The position numbers were made by a program, and so were the translations under genes. A stretch of 64,000 nt of DNA from Callorhinchus milii (Eukaryota). The stretch lies in NCBI RefSeq assembly GCF_018977255.1, contig NW_024704743.1:96040001-96104000 (forward strand), given 5' to 3'. The notes beneath the pieces were generated by a model. That model was not told the DNA's origin and made no database searches. It worked only from the letters and a program-made list of their open reading frames with translations. Below, piece by piece: positions 63,301 through 64,000 of the stretch. Within the stretch, counting starts at the first letter, position 1. Each line of letters begins with the position of its first letter.

Positions 63301-64000
63301 GTCACTTGTGTCCGTGCAACTTGTTACTGCAATAGAAAACCAATGCATGTCAATCATTCCTGAAAAAACACTCCGGTAACATACAAGATTCTACCTACTA
63401 ATTAGGTGTCAGCCTGGCCCAGTTGGTAGCACTCTCACTTCTGAGTCAGAAGGTTGTGGGTTCAAGTCTATGTTGGGACTTTGAACCCACAGATAGAACT
63501 GTATGTTGGATGAGCACTGCATTGTCGGGGTGTTATTCTTCAAATTAGACATTAAATCAAGGTGTTTGTTCAGGTGGACATTAGAGTCCTCAGTTGTAAT
63601 CACAAGGGAGTTTCTCCTGGTGTCTTGGCTAACTATCCTCCAGATAAAAATGTTAACTCTGCAAAGCCCTTTGAGATGTTTTGATGTAATAAGGTGCCAT
63701 TGTCAAGGATTACAATCACTGCTATAACACACTTACACAGAGCTCTACCTGCCAATCACTGGTGCAATCCATCTATCATGGTTCCTTTCCTTCACCAATG
63801 TTCGTGGATAAGTGTTCATTTTCCTGTTTGACATTCAGAGAATTGGACCTCAAGGCCCTGGCTCTAGCCTGGTTTTCTTTACCATGTATAATAGGTGCAT
63901 CTGAGCATTGCATAAGAAAAATCACAAAAATATAAAATAAAAATATGTAAAGGATGTTTACAAACATAAGGTCAAGCCTATTCTACATGCTGCCGCTCCA

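Overview
Vertebrate genomic DNA; the SINE/L2/Penelope repeat content suggests a cartilaginous fish, possibly a chimaera (inference). Two head-to-head genes dominate, as at human 8q22. On the minus strand are coding exons 1-9 of VIRMA/KIAA1429 (m6A writer scaffold; ATG at 14938, running off the left edge). On the plus strand is a complete ESRP1 (ATG at 25316, 16 exons, to about 62.9 kb). Every coding exon was traced by hand with splice sites and consistent phase. Highlights: (1) ESRP1 has two alternative C-termini. Exon 15 gives the familiar ...PKEWVCI* end, while splicing exon 14 to exon 16 builds a complete fourth qRRM-type domain. (2) A ~187-nt intronic hairpin has 14 G-U versus 1 A-C mismatch on the ESRP1 sense strand, suggesting selection on RNA structure. 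(3) Between the promoters lies an internally deleted retrovirus-like LTR element (tRNA-Arg-like PBS, PPT, retroviral-type RNase HI plus integrase, possible env relic) with a nested solo LTR, SINE and Penelope fragments carrying hammerhead-ribozyme cores. (4) A 43-bp copy of ESRP1 exon 12 is captured inside a nearby repeat. (5) Also present: a U12-type intron, the CKLP tandem donor, a ZEB/Snail box cluster, a divergent CTCF-like motif pair, and an ~800-bp G-rich minisatellite beside the VIRMA promoter. Repeat boundaries are approximate, and family names come from recognition, not database searches.
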